Made by a program: the position numbers and the translations under genes. A stretch of DNA of 64,000 nt from Blasia pusilla. Taxonomy: Eukaryota. The stretch lies in contig CM114271.1 of assembly GCA_050084515.1 (NCBI GenBank), positions 39,432,001 to 39,496,000 of the forward strand, in the 5' to 3' direction. Shown in pieces: positions 48,612 through 61,257 of this stretch (position 1 is its first letter; every line of letters starts with the position of its first letter). Under the pieces are notes generated by a model that was given only the letters and a program-made list of their open reading frames with translations, had not been told where the DNA came from and did no database searches.

Positions 48612-49044
48612 TCTATACTATTATGGGAGATGGCCCTCTCCTTGCACAAACAGTTGCGGTGTGGACACGTGTTGATTTTCGTGAATGGCAAAGACTCTTC
48701 CTTTCCCATCCTTTCCCATGAGTGGACCGTTTAGGATTTCAGATGTGCGGCGTGAAATTAAGCCGGGTCGGCGTCTTATTTTCCCCGGTTTTTTGAAGTT
48801 TCAAAATCTGTCCTAACGAGAGTTACAATTTGAGCGTGCTTTAGGCAATCAACCAAGGATATCCATTGATGAGAAAGGTCATAGGGTTTAAGGTGTGAGG
48901 GCGGTTGGATCGGCCTTAGGGTTTATCAACTTTTCTGACAAGGTATTTGTTGCTTGAAACCCATTTCATAACTCCTACTGCGCGCACTTCCATCCGTTAC
49001 TCAAAGGTCCGCTCGAGGAAGTAGCGGACCGAGGTGTGAGCTAG
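48612..49044 (+). mobile_element. Complete non-autonomous Helitron, 433 bp
   Basis: A|TCTATACTATT at the 5' end; hairpin GGTCCGCT...AGCGGACC (49006-49030), then CTAG|T; no TSD. Confidence 0.85.
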
Positions 49045-51412
49045 TGTGTAAACACCATCATTTTTTCATGACGTAAGCGCGATGCCCTAAATTATTATGC
49101 TCCCATATGTGATAGCCCTATAATGTTGTCGTATAAGTATTTCCTTCATCCCTCTTGGAAGTGCTCTACTCAATTGCATGAGCAAGTGAGACACATGACA
49201 TAGGAACGATAAGAGTATAAGGTAGTTATGTAGCTAGCTAGAGGGATACGATGGTGTATGTAGCGGAAATGCTCAAATACCATTGCTTTAAAGTGTTATT
49301 AAATTCATTTGGTATCTAAAAATATGACAATCTTATTTCCAAAAAATCAAAACGTGTGATTAGGTAGAGGGACATGTAAGGTAGAGGGACCATGATGACA
49401 CTTTGTGCAAAGAGGAGAATGTGTTGATATTGGGTAGGAAATCCTCCAATAAGAGTATAAGAATAATTCAAAATCTCTAAAATTTATGGCCTTCATGAAG
49501 ACCAAACCAAACTAGATATTATGATGGCCTGTAACTATTTATTGCAAGAATCATGGACCAATGAGATGCGTATAGTACACTCTAACAAAAGTTTTCTATT
49601 AGTGATATCTTTTATATTTCAAAATTTGCATTCCAATTTTAAAATTTAATATAAAAAAGATTATTTACCAAAATAAAAAATACTCAATTTTTTATTAAGA
49701 AATCTAGAATTCTCACATTAAGATATTCTAGATTTCCTTTAAGGGATTTTCTTTTCTCATGATGGATGGTAATGTTATGGTTTTGATTAGCAATCGAGAG
49801 CAAGACAATATTTGCATTTTCATTGTCTATAATGATTATTTTTTAGGAGTGGACAAAATAAGGAAAAGACCCAATTTTAAAGTACTAGATGAATCTATAA
49901 AGAAAATCCAAATATAGTATGTATGTCTTATGAAGCTTGCAAATTAGATATATGGGTAATAGGTTTGATATAGTTTCTTGGAGTGTACGTGTCTATTAAA
50001 AAAAATATTGAATTTGTTTCAATTTCTTTAAATTATTTTACCAACATCTTTTCATCACTTTGTAGTGCATGCATTTGCGACGTGAAATTAATGGGTCATT
50101 AGGATTGCGTAAGAGGTTAAAAAAATGGATGGTAGAAGCTATCACACAAACAAAAAGTAGGGGTTGGAAGGATAGAAAAAATCCAAGAGAAAAATTATCG
50201 CATAAAAAAAAATAGCCCTCCTTCAAGTCCAACCTAATTTGCTTTCCATGTTCTTGTGTTCAAGTTTATTTTCAAATGGGAGGTTCCAAAGAAAACGTGG
50301 ATGCCCATTGCAATCTTCATTTATATTATTATTGGCCAATGCCCCCTCATTTTACAGACTTTCTTTGACACTTTCAACCAACAATATCACTCTAAATCAA
50401 TAAGATCACTTGCAATCGATTTCAAATGATAATTAAAAATGAATAGAAACTTAACGCCAAACAAAGTTATCTTTGTATGCTTTTACTTATGTGGAAGATG
50501 CGGTCAACGTGAGGCTTGTTCAAAATGCATAAAGAAAATGCGAACCATGTCAAATAATTATGTACCCAAAACGACAGGTGCCACGATAAGACGTGACATC
50601 TCTTACTAGGAAAGATATAGATAAGCCCCGGAACAAGGAATTTCCTTATCCCGGGGAGAAGCGGTCGGAGTGAGCCCTTGCCGGTGTCGGGTAGTTTTCC
50701 CCTGTTGAACCAGTAAATTCCCGGTCGGTGAATTTGAAGTTTTCCTAATTCCAGTTGACTATATTGATAGTATGTTCCGACGGTTTTGACCTGTGATCCA
50801 GGAAATGAAACGGGAGTTTGAAACTTCAACCCTGAGATCATCAAACCCTATTCTCCCCGGACGTTAACGGTTAACCCCATGTCTAGGGTTGGCACGGGGT
50901 CGGTGACGTCGGTCTCGTCTCTTCTGTCTGTCAGAGTAGGACCAGCCAGCGGATAAACTTGTACTGTACTCCACGTTACAGTTTCGTAACTTCGTCTGTC
51001 TACGTTCTGCAGTCTGGATTCGCGACTGGTCCTAGTGTGGGCTCGAGAGGAGGGCCCCGGGGGCAGCTAGGAATATTCTCGTCCTGTCCTCGTAGCGTGT
51101 TTCGGTCGCCATTGTGTGGAGATTGAAATATAAAATATGTATAAAAAAGGACGGGGAACGATGTAAATGAGAGGGCAAAGAAAGAATAAAAAAGAAGACC
51201 GGAATAGGAAAAATCGGCCCCAAGCATAAAGAAGGGGGCCTTCTTCATACGATCAGAATCGCCAACAGCAGAGACAATATCAACATCATCTACAGAATTA
51301 TGACGAGTATTAAATAGATTTCTAACATTGGCATCTCCAACCGTCTGAGCCCGTCGCAGAAACCCATTTGTCTAGCGCGTTGCAAAACTATGGAGATCCG
51401 TTGCCTATGTGG

Positions 51413-54400
51413 TCTTTCGCAGGTTTATTGATTTTGACGAGTTTGGGCGGGGACGGCGGGAGGAAGAACGGTGGGCGCCGGGGAAGAGAAGGGACGTGCT
51501 ACATATCGAAACAGAGAGCGTGACGAGGGCTTCGTTTTGATCCGGACCTTGATGCATGGCGTGAAGTATTTTTATTTTTTTTCATCTTTTTAGAATTCGG
51601 TTCATATTAGGGTTCCAAATGTGAGTATTAGGGTATTGTCATTTGGAGAAATTCCCCAAGGTAACGTCCTCTATTCACCCACCCTTCCCCTCCTTTCCCA
51701 AGTCCTTCCTTGTTTGTCGTATTTGTCGTATGTGCTTCTCATTTTGGTTCGATTCACGTGTGTATTTGTTACCCCTCCCGTACATACACTTTTCTTCTCA
51801 TCTTTTTTATCTCGATTGGCCCATAATCTTTTCAAACTCTTAGCAACTCTAGGTATTCATGAGTTCATTTTTGGGAGGGAGTTGGGACTAGAAGTCCTAG
51901 GTGATGTCGGTAGGTGAGAGTTTATGTTAGAGGGAGCATTACCGTGGACGGGAAGAGAGTTGTTTGCCAGGACCGCTCGTTCGAATGGGGATGATAGGAC
52001 AGTTATTGGCGGGGGATTGTCGCACGATTTTATTGGAGGGGGCCATGTCCTCTTCTTGGTGAGTTGCATCCATGCCTCGACCTGCGTCGGCTCCCCGTGT
52101 GGGGACCCGTGGGTCGTCTAGTCGGGATACTAAATGCCCATGTTGTCCCGAATTCTTCACTCGTTCAAGAATTCGGAACCACTTAGCGGCTAAACATCCT
52201 GACTTTGATAGATTTGGATGGGTGGTCCCTCCTGTCGACCATGGATGCTCTCCGATGCTTCCCCCATCATCGCCCCCTCCTGAGGCATTGGAGTGGTTGA
52301 GGTCCCACCAGGGCAGCATTATAGGTCTCTTCGAGACCCGTTTTCCCTGCCCGAGGTTGTTTCATAGGATCCCCCATGCTATTCGGGATGACCTCCGCCA
52401 GACATTCCTCCTTCCCCTAGCTAGGATCGCTCTTGATCCTATGGATGAGCTCTCTTGGTACCTACTACTTCTCCTTCCACGATGGTGTCTTCGTTACACT
52501 CGGGGAGGGAAGGCCGGTCATAGAGAGGTTATGGCACGTCTGAGACGCTTTCGAGGAGGTGATTGGGAGTCTCTGCACAGTGAGTTTGTGGCATTCCCCA
52601 GAGGTAGTAGTTCACATGGTTTCCTGGCGGACGATCTTGGAGCAGCCAGGTTGCGACGATGTAGGACACTGGGGCGAGCCTGTGAGTACTCGCGAGCTGC
52701 ACGTGCTCTTCGCCCGATGGACATGGCTTCTTCTTCAGCTGTTACCATCGATGCCCTGCAGAGGCTACATCCTCGTCCAGTGGTTGACATTCCAGCTTTT
52801 GCACATGACTTCCATCCGGACACGGCTATATGCCTTGACCCGTCCCTCTTTGCACGGGCACTCGCACATTCTCCGAGGATTGCGGCCGGAGGTTTGTCTG
52901 GTAAGATGTACGAACACCTTCGTGATTGCTTTCCTTCCGAGGACACAGCTAGCGGCTTCTCCGAGTTGCTTCAGGTTGCCTCTCACCTAGCTCAGGGGAG
53001 AGTGCCAACAGCAGTGGCCCAAGTATTAGGGGCGTGGCGACTTTTGGTGTTGTCGAAGGAGGGTGGTGGTATCCGTCCGATTGCCAAAGGTGAGGTGCTC
53101 TTGCGGTTGGTGAGTCGTACTCTCGCTTTGCAATTTCGTGAGGCTTTCCAGTCACATCTGAGTCCGCATCAGTTTGGAGTTGCCACGCCAGCCGGATGTG
53201 AGACGGTTGCCTTAGGTTTGAGGGCTTGTCTAGATGTACATCCAGAGTGGGTGGTTCTCCAAGTGGACGTGGAGAACGCCTTCAACTCAATATCTCGAGC
53301 TACTATATTCACAGAGTTGAGGGACGCGGGTGGCCCCATGGCGAGCCTCATTCCCTTTGTGCAGGCTTTCTATGGGGCCCCTTCGGCCCTCTATCTCCAC
53401 CATGGTCGATTCAAGGAGGAGGTCACGGTCTTGGAGTCCGCACCGGGACTCGCGTCGGGGTGACCCTCCGGGTGGCGCGTTGTTTCTTTGTGGCTCATTA
53501 CCGAGCGGTTCTTTCACGGTGGAGGCTTTCCGGGTTGCATGTTCCCTTTTTGGCGATGATACTCGATATTGTTGGTCCTGGGATCTGGTTGTCCTGCATT
53601 CGAGCACTTTTCAAAGACGGTTGGCACGTGTCGGCCTGGCGTGAAGGTGGGAAAGTGCAAGGCTTGGTCTCCATCAGGCCTACGTGATGATCTACATTTA
53701 CCCGACGGCTTCTTGCGACCTGTTGGAGGGCTTCGAGTCTTGGGAGTCCCGCTCGGGAGCCAGGACTTTGTATCGAGTTTCGTGGCAGCGGCTCTTACCG
53801 AGGATCTTCTCCACGTTGATGATCTTACGAGGATTGGTGACCCTCAAGTCGCCTTTGGCATTCTCTCTTCTTGTTTTGCTCGTAGACCTGGTTACCTCAC
53901 TAGAACGGTCTGGACATCTAGTCACCTTTCTTCCTTATATAGATCCTTTGATAGGAAGCTCATGCAGGTGTTTGGGGATCTTCTAGGACCCGGCTCCTTA
54001 GAGTGCCCCATGGGGGAGTTAGCTCGTAGACACGCCTCTTGGTCGATTTCTTTTGGTGGAGTAGGTCTTCTCTCGACCGAGTTAGTGGCGCCCTCCGCTT
54101 TTTTAGGGAGTTGGGCCACAGTGGCACCCCTCCTTTGCTCCCGATTTTTGGTTAGAGATAGACCGCTCCTTCTACACTACATCTCCCAGGTTGAGGATGG
54201 CTCTTTCCCACTTCAGTCTTCACTCACAGCTTGTAGAGATTCCCTTCGAGTTGAGGCCAGAGCCGTTCTCCCCACTTTCTCCTCCTTAGTTACCTCCGGT
54301 CAGTCTGGGCTCCAATCTTCTTTGATGGAAGCCCACTTTGAGGCAGTTTTTAGAGGCACTATGTCTTACGGGAATATCCCCATGGAGGTTAGGGCCCGTA

Positions 54401-55318
54401 TTCGCTCTTTCTCCGGAAAGGAGGCAGGCTCATGGGTAGGGGTGCGCCCCCTTCTCCAGGCTTTCCGTATCGCACCACTTACCTATACCACATCGATGCG
54501 GTTCCGCTTGGGCCTCCCCCAACCATCGGTGGTTGGTTCGACACACTGCGAGTGTCGCCGGAGCCTGGATCCACTTGGTGTGCATTTGGCACCTTGTCCA
54601 GTTGGGGGTGAGAGGATAGCCACTCACGATGCAAAGGCGGGATATCATGTTCGGATTGCTCGGGAGAGTGGCTTCCATGTGCAGAGAGAGAGAGGCACTA
54701 CTCCATGCGGGATTCCCTTATTCGTCTTGATCTCTACATGACACGAGAGGCCGAGGTGGTGGTGGCGGACGTGGTAGTCACAGATCCTCACGCGGGGAGG
54801 CAATGCGAGCCCAAGTGGTGGCCCAGGGCGAATGCTACAAGGGCGGCGGCGGCGGCGGTGAAGAAGACACATATCTCTGATCGACTTCACGAGGACACAT
54901 CTTCATCCCCCTGGCCATAGAGATGTATGGGGCTATGGGGGAGAGGTTCGACTCGTTCCTTAAGGACTGCGCCCATCATCTCCACTCGAGAAATGGGTTG
55001 TCCTTAGCTACTGCGATTTTCTATTGTAGGCAGCGGGTCTCCATGGCGTTGCAGCGTGCCTAGGCTAATGGGCTTTTGCGGCGGGCTCAGGCTGTGGGTG
55101 ACGCCGGCGCTAGAGGCCCACTTAGTAGTAGTCATAGCTCTCTTGTTGTTACTGATATTGTTTTTGCTGTTGGTGAGTTTCGTCGTTAGGGGGGGGAATG
55201 CCCCCTTCTTCCTTTTCTGGTCTTGTTGTGGCCTTCAGGTTTTGACTCTTTGAATCCCCCTCTTTTGTACTTCCGATGGGTTTTCCATCACTCGTTTTTA
55301 TCGAAGTGCATCTTTATT
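51413..55318 (+). mobile_element. Near full-length CRE-type non-LTR retrotransposon (C2H2 zinc finger - RT - CCHC - restriction-like endonuclease)
   Basis: The ORF is broken into 52072-53463, about 53450-53570, 53569-54741 and about 54705-55189. Motifs: CPCCPEFFTRSRIRNHLAAKH, GGIRPIA, HQFGV, QVDVENAFNSISR, RGDPPGGALF, FGDD, LGVPLG, CECRRSLDPLGVHLAPC...HD, RLDL...ADVVV, FIPLAIEMYG. The 12-bp direct repeat TTGCCTATGTGG lies at 51401-51412 and 55319-55330. Confidence 0.9.
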
Positions 55319-55924
55319 TTGCCTATGTGGAGCATAGCACAACTCTCACACTACTGCAGTTCGAGATCCCATCCAGCTTAGGGTCCTATGTAGGTCTTGC
55401 GTCTCCCACGGTCCACCGCTGCCGCTTACGTCGCCCTGCGGCTGTCGTGATCTGGACGGACGGACTGACTCACGGACTCACTTGTAGCGATTGTCCAGCA
55501 GGTTCGACGTAATAAGGCCCCGTAACCTGAGCTTAGTGCGTGCCTATTCCCACGTCTCACTACGACCCGTGACGCTGGATATCTGCCTACGTGGGATCTT
55601 CCCCCGCTAACTTCCTTCTCCGTCCTGCGCCGGCAGTAGTGCTCCAGAGTCCAGCCAGAGTCTGCCTGCCACTGCCCTAGGTCCATGCGCGTCGGGCAGT
55701 GATTCCGTCCGTCCGTCCGTCCTCCAGCTATGGCAGTACATCCCGGTCAGTTTCGGAGGTACGGGGGCAGTAGGATCTGGGATCTGCTCGATTCTGCAAT
55801 GCCGCACGCGTTCCTCACGAACTCCCTCGCTCGCTAGTTTGTCGGTGTTGTAGGCGGTACCGTATGATGTTGGGTGACTACTGGAAGAGCAATACATGCG
55901 GTGTAGCAACGTGTCCCGGGCCAT

Positions 55925-58900
55925 TTAAATATTTTTATTTCATGGTGTCCAAGTTCATTTGAAAAAGTTTGAATGCAAGTTGGACCGCTTTTATTCACAA
56001 ATTTTACCTCCATTTATTTTCAAATACATTATAAAAGGTAAGTTTTGATACATTGTATTCTCCACTTTTTCGCACTTCCAATGTAAAGCATAACATGAAG
56101 GGCATGTTTATGTTGCAGAACCAATAATATGACGTCCAATTACTTGCTCGGTATTAATTTCATTATATCGCTCTCTTGGAAGTTCCGAATTCGTGCAACA
56201 TTGCGTGACGTGTTGACTCTTGAAACTCGTCCAACATTATGAATCGACGACTGAGGAATCTCGGTTGGAAGATTTAATCCATGATATGAAGAAGATACTT
56301 GCTCGACATCTCTAGGCATTATATGAGTAGATACCTCAAATGTATTGTGTGTGGAAATATTGTTGATAGCCTCGTCATCTTGTTGAATAGATATGTCCTC
56401 CACAATGGTCGTAGAATTATTGGAAAGTGGATCAAAATCTTTTTATTCTTCTTCACTTTCTCCCACCCTTTTTCAGTTCTCTTTGGAACTGAAAAAAAAG
56501 ACGAGCAATTGTGAAGAAAAAATTGAAGAGAAATATGATAGAACTTATGATGTAGTAGAGTAAAACTAAAATGGAAAGGGAAGGAAAAAGTGGAGAAAAG
56601 ATTAAAAGAAGTGGAGAAAGAAAAAAAAAGGAAGGAGGGGAAAATTGAAAAACAAATCATGAACAAATTTCAAAGAGGGGGAGAATAGAAAGGAAGAAAT
56701 AATTTTATGGAAATTTTTCTCTAAAAAATTGGTGAGGGAAAGAAAAGGAAAATTAGTGAAGGAAAGAAAAAAAAATGGAAATAGGAAAATAAACATTGAA
56801 AATTTTGAGTTCTGGCCTGCGGATTTTCCACTATCCGATCATTTAAATCTGGAGCCTCAAATCTAGGTCACGAAATCTGACGGGAAGGAAAGAGTGGAGA
56901 AAAGATTAAAAGAAGTGGAGAAAGAAAAAAAAGGAAGGGAGGGGGAAAAATTGAAAAAACAAATCATGAAAAATTTTTAGAGAAGAAGAGAATAGAAGGG
57001 AAGAAATAATTTTATGGGAATTTCTAGAAAATTGGTGAGGTAAGGAAAAGGAAAATTAGTGAAGGAAAGAAAAGAAAAAATGGAAACAGGAAAATAAAAA
57101 ATGAAAATTTTGAATTTTTGCCTATCAATTTTCCACGGTCCGATCGTTTCAATCTGGAGAGTCAGATGTAGGTCAGGAAAGTTTGACGATATTGGATCTA
57201 CGGTGCATCAGCAACGTAGGATTTAGGGCTTTGAGATCGAACGGTCTGATCTCAAAGCTGCGCCGCCATCCTTGGCCCGTTCAATCTGGGGGGAGATCGG
57301 ACGGTCCGATCTCCCCCAGGTCCGACCTCCTCAACGGCCTCGTGAGAGCGGCGAGTGAGGAGGTCGGGCTAACCCGCCCCCCTCCCTTATTTTGCACAAG
57401 CCGCTCGGGCCTGTGTGCTCCCTCCGCTCTCGGCGCCTCGCCCTCCCTCTTGACGCCTCGCCATTCGTCTCGGCGCATCGCCCGTGCGCCCTCGGCGTCT
57501 CGCCTTGAGTTTGCGCAGGCCGCTCGGGCCTATGCGCTTTGCCCTCGCCCTCCATTTCGGTCACTCTGCGCATGCCCCTTGGGCATAATTGCCCCGCCCT
57601 TGCTCACTCTGCACAACCGCTCGGGCCTAGTCCCTCCGATTGCCCTGTACTCTCTTGCTATTTTCTCGATCTTGCTGGGGAGTTCTTCGCTCAAGGCTCA
57701 TTTTCGACGGGCTCGGGGCTCTGGTGTTTTTGCTTGGGGCTTGGGGCTCATCAGTCTCTCGTTGCTGGTAACTCTAGTCTCTCGGATTTTGATGTTGGGT
57801 CATCAAGCTTCATCAAGCACTCGTGGCCTCATCTGCCCTGCTCTCGGCTGTAGCCTTTTTTTTCCTGGTCTGCCCTGGGCTATGCATAGCAGATTTTTGG
57901 CCCCTATCCCCGCTTTCTATCATGCATTCCTTTGTTGCTTCTACAGGTTTCTCTCAAGATTGTTCCCGCCGTTTGCCACACTCAATAGAGTAGCACTCTA
58001 GGGGCTTGAATTAGGTTTTCTGCAGGGTGGTCCGGTCATGAGCATTGAAATAATTTGTAGCTAGGAAGGATGCGCAGACACTCTCGGTAGACATCAGATA
58101 CCAAACATAGTAAAGCTTTACATGATAGCCATTTATAGATCACCCTTACAGTTTAAAGTCGAAGGAAACACATACTTGCATTGATCTCCTCTTTTTCCTA
58201 CCTAGCTTGGGACCTTATCTACTCCAACTTGTACTTTTTAAGAAATCCTCCTGAATCTCCTCATTACCTTGAACTTTTATATCTCCTAGGCTCTTCACAG
58301 GCTTCAAGACGTATTCATCTGAGCTAACACTGTGGAATCTTTTCCTCGGTTTAGCACCCTCATTCAAAGGATGTTTGGATTTACACCTAACCCGATACTC
58401 AACAGATTGTACAGTCTTCTTCGAGCCCCTTTCCCCCTCGATTTGGGGATGGCTATGTGGTATTAAGGAGGGAAGTGAATCTCTCTTGGCATCTCCACAA
58501 TGTGGATTTCTTTGGTAACCCAAACGAGTTCCCCATTCTGGTTCGATCTTGCTTCCGACTTTCGGACTCGAGTGCAATCTAATTGAATCAATTTGAGAAA
58601 TGTGAGACCACAACGGCCTTTCACGTGTTGTATCGGTAGGTTTGTCTCCATAGTGTTTCTTAGAATTGCATGGGTGAGTTACCTTTTTTATTCCACCCTG
58701 TCCCTTGGCTTGGTTGACTTCATAGCGGTGCGTCTTTGAGTCATACCTCGTGACTTTCCTACTTTGTACAATAAGGTAAAGTGTAAGTGTATATTGTACT
58801 AACCATCTAGTGTGTAGCTCTGGCAGGTTTGTAAGGGAGTGCATGAGGAGCATTCAAGTTTGCAGACATAGAAGACTGGGAGAGTAGAACTTACGATGCT

Positions 58901-59539
58901 GGTAGGGTCTTGATGTTGAGTCCTGAAGTATTTTCCTGCCAATACATGTAAACCTGAATGAGCAGATTGGTTGTGTAACCCTACTGCTAGTTAATGTAGA
59001 ATAGACAGGAATGCGGGACTATAGTATGAAGTTGAAAATAAATACATGACTATAGTATGAAGCTCAAAAGGAACGCATGAGTTCATACCTGTGTAAGAAT
59101 TTCAACTCTATGCAGGATACAGAAATCCAAGCCTCGAACTTCGCGTATTGTATACTTTGCAAACCCTTAACATGGATGCTAAACTGTTTGGAACTGACAA
59201 TGCCAACACACTCAAAGAGGTGTTTAAATATTTGTTTGAACTCTCGAAGTAACAAAGGACCCATAGAGCAAATCAAATCAAATCGAATTAGGCGGATATT
59301 AGAATTGTAACTGAAAATTCCCTCCTAATAAACATGGTTTAAAACGGCCTCCTAGGGTTAATGATAAAACGGCCATGCCGCGTACAAATATCGTATAGGC
59401 GGAGTATAAATAACGAAACTGATTTTTAAAAAGACCTCTAGAATGAAGACACGTGTCATGCCGTGGAGAGAGCTCATGAGACACATGTCAGCCAGGGGAA
59501 GCCCCTCGCCCTAAGGCCATCCTCTTATAATAATATAGA
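55925..59539 (-). mobile_element. 5' part of a Helitron: TC terminus, internal cargo and degraded RepHel N-terminal zinc motif
   Basis: A|TCTATATTATTATAAGAGGATGGCC at 59539 resembles the 5' end at 48612. HIIGSAT*TCPSCYALHWKCEK at about 56065-56130 fits the Helitron N-terminal CxxCxAxxWxxE motif. Confidence 0.65.
56578..57187. repeat. About 305-bp purine-rich tandem duplication, two copies
   Basis: gggaaggaaa(a/g)agtggagaaaagattaaaagaagtggag starts at 56578 and 56882, and the units are collinear to their ends. Confidence 0.9.
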
Positions 59540-60420
59540 TATTGTTTCTATATGAGCCTTGGTTCATTGGGTGAGATATATCATACATATTCAAAAGCAT
59601 TCAAAAAAATTCGTCCGAGAGATGAACGTAAATTTTGAAAGATATATCGGTTTTCTTATTTGGAGAAAATCTATATGAAATGATAAAAAAATAAGAAGAA
59701 TGAAGTGTAAATAATAAAAAAAATATAAGAAAATATTTAGCATCTAAATGAAAAAATTTGATACAATTAATTTTTGTGGCACAAAGAAAAATAGACAGAA
59801 TAAAATTTAGCATTTGTAAAATTAACATTTTATATTCCTTACCACCTCACACATATAATAGGATAGCTTTGTGTTCCCTCTTCCCATAGAAGAAACTATG
59901 CACTCTTTGTTTTCTTTTCCCATTTTAGGTATTTTCTTGATGGGCACAGCTTAGAACTTTGTTATTGTTTGCTATCGCTCCTTCCAAAAAGCGGCATGGT
60001 TTTTTATGGTTCCATGTTTGGTTTTCCCATGGGCACACTAAATAAGAATATAGTGTCCCATGAGCCACGTCAACCAAACACATATTCTCATTTTTTTTCC
60101 TATCCCACTCTATTTGAAAAAGATATTGATAACAATATGCACTTGTAAGGTTATTATCCAAATGTTGTCCCAAGTTGTGACTAGTAAGATTGTAACCTCA
60201 ATTGTAACTTATGATGTATGCTAGTTGGCATCCCATCAATGCATGCTTAGTTTTCATGTGAAAGACACCTCTCTATGCTTCAAAAAAGAACATATATTCT
60301 AAAAAATGATTCTCGTTACTTTTTTTTTTAATTGTATAAGAGATCATATATTCACCATTATTTTAAAAGTAGATAATTACCTTATTCTTTTATAAAAAAT
60401 ATAAATGAAAGTGTTAAGCA

Positions 60421-60719
60421 CAAGGTTGCACACAGACAAAGTCCGTGTTCGCGGATATGTCCATGTCTGCGAACTTATGTCTGTCCCTAGGACCGACATG
60501 ATTGTGTGGGCTCGAGTACCTACGGCCCGCACTCAAACTTGTCCCTAAGCCCAATGAGTCCCCACCCATTTTATAGCCCGCATAAAACCCTTGCACGATC
60601 CACAATGCAGGCCCACGCCTGAGGACTCAATGGGCTTAGGGATGGGCTTGGGTGTGGGCGAGGGACACGTTGGACATATCCGTCCCATGGACGGACTTAT
60701 CTATTTCCGTGCAACCTTG
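60421..60719. mobile_element. hAT-type MITE, 299 bp
   Basis: 11-bp terminal inverted repeats CAAGGTTGCAC/GTGCAACCTTG, 8-bp TSD gttaagca/gttaagta (7 of 8 match), and internal inverted subterminal repeats. Confidence 0.88.
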
Positions 60720-61142
60720 GTTAAGTAGTCCAATGTGACTTAGTTATTCGTTATATTTACTCTCCATAAGAGGGTACATATTACTTCATATTTACTCTTT
60801 GAAAAAAGATTCATCTCATTTATAATAGGATGTTCTTATGTAATAACTTCCCCTTTCCTCAAATGGGAATATAAATGTGCATGATTTTTATTTTTTAACA
60901 CTCTCACTATCAATACAAATTCTAAAATAGGAGAAATCTAGTTTTACTTGGAAAAGAGGAGATTTGTATGAGTGACTAACTTGAAAAGTTGAGATTAATG
61001 TGTTTACTTGGCGTTAAAGTATGATGGAGGAATGCATTAACTATGATGATGTATAGAGATTCCTTGGTTCATGTGTTAGAGATAGGAAAGATTTTGCATA
61101 TTTTGGTCTTTGTCACCCAAGTGACTTATTTACCTGATAAAG

Positions 61143-61257
61143 GGTCACCCGGTAAGGTGTGCACGTAAGTTATCATTGGAGAGGCTATTTTTGGGGGAAG
61201 AGCCTTTTGACTCTTCCCTAGGCTGTAAGGGGGAGAGATGGCGTTCTTAAGTCATCT
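61143..61257 (+). mobile_element. LTR fragment homologous to 36293-36408
   Basis: Shares gtcaccc...gtgcacg...aggctatttttgggg...ctcttccc...gagagatggc. Confidence 0.75.

Noticed and set aside
51035-51070. Possible plus-strand Helitron 3' end (GC-rich hairpin + CTAG)
   Set aside because: The hairpin is imperfect and CTAG is followed by G rather than T.
51850-52070. HDV-like ribozyme in the CRE leader
   Set aside because: I could not assemble the nested double pseudoknot by eye; it needs an Infernal or RNArobo search.
55325-55380. tRNA- or SINE-like B box (GTTCGAGATCCC) next to the CRE 3' end
   Set aside because: I could not build a cloverleaf or find a convincing A box.
57183-58001. 272-aa plus-strand ORF
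   Set aside because: It is a low-complexity GC-rich region inside a transposon, with no domain and no ATG start.
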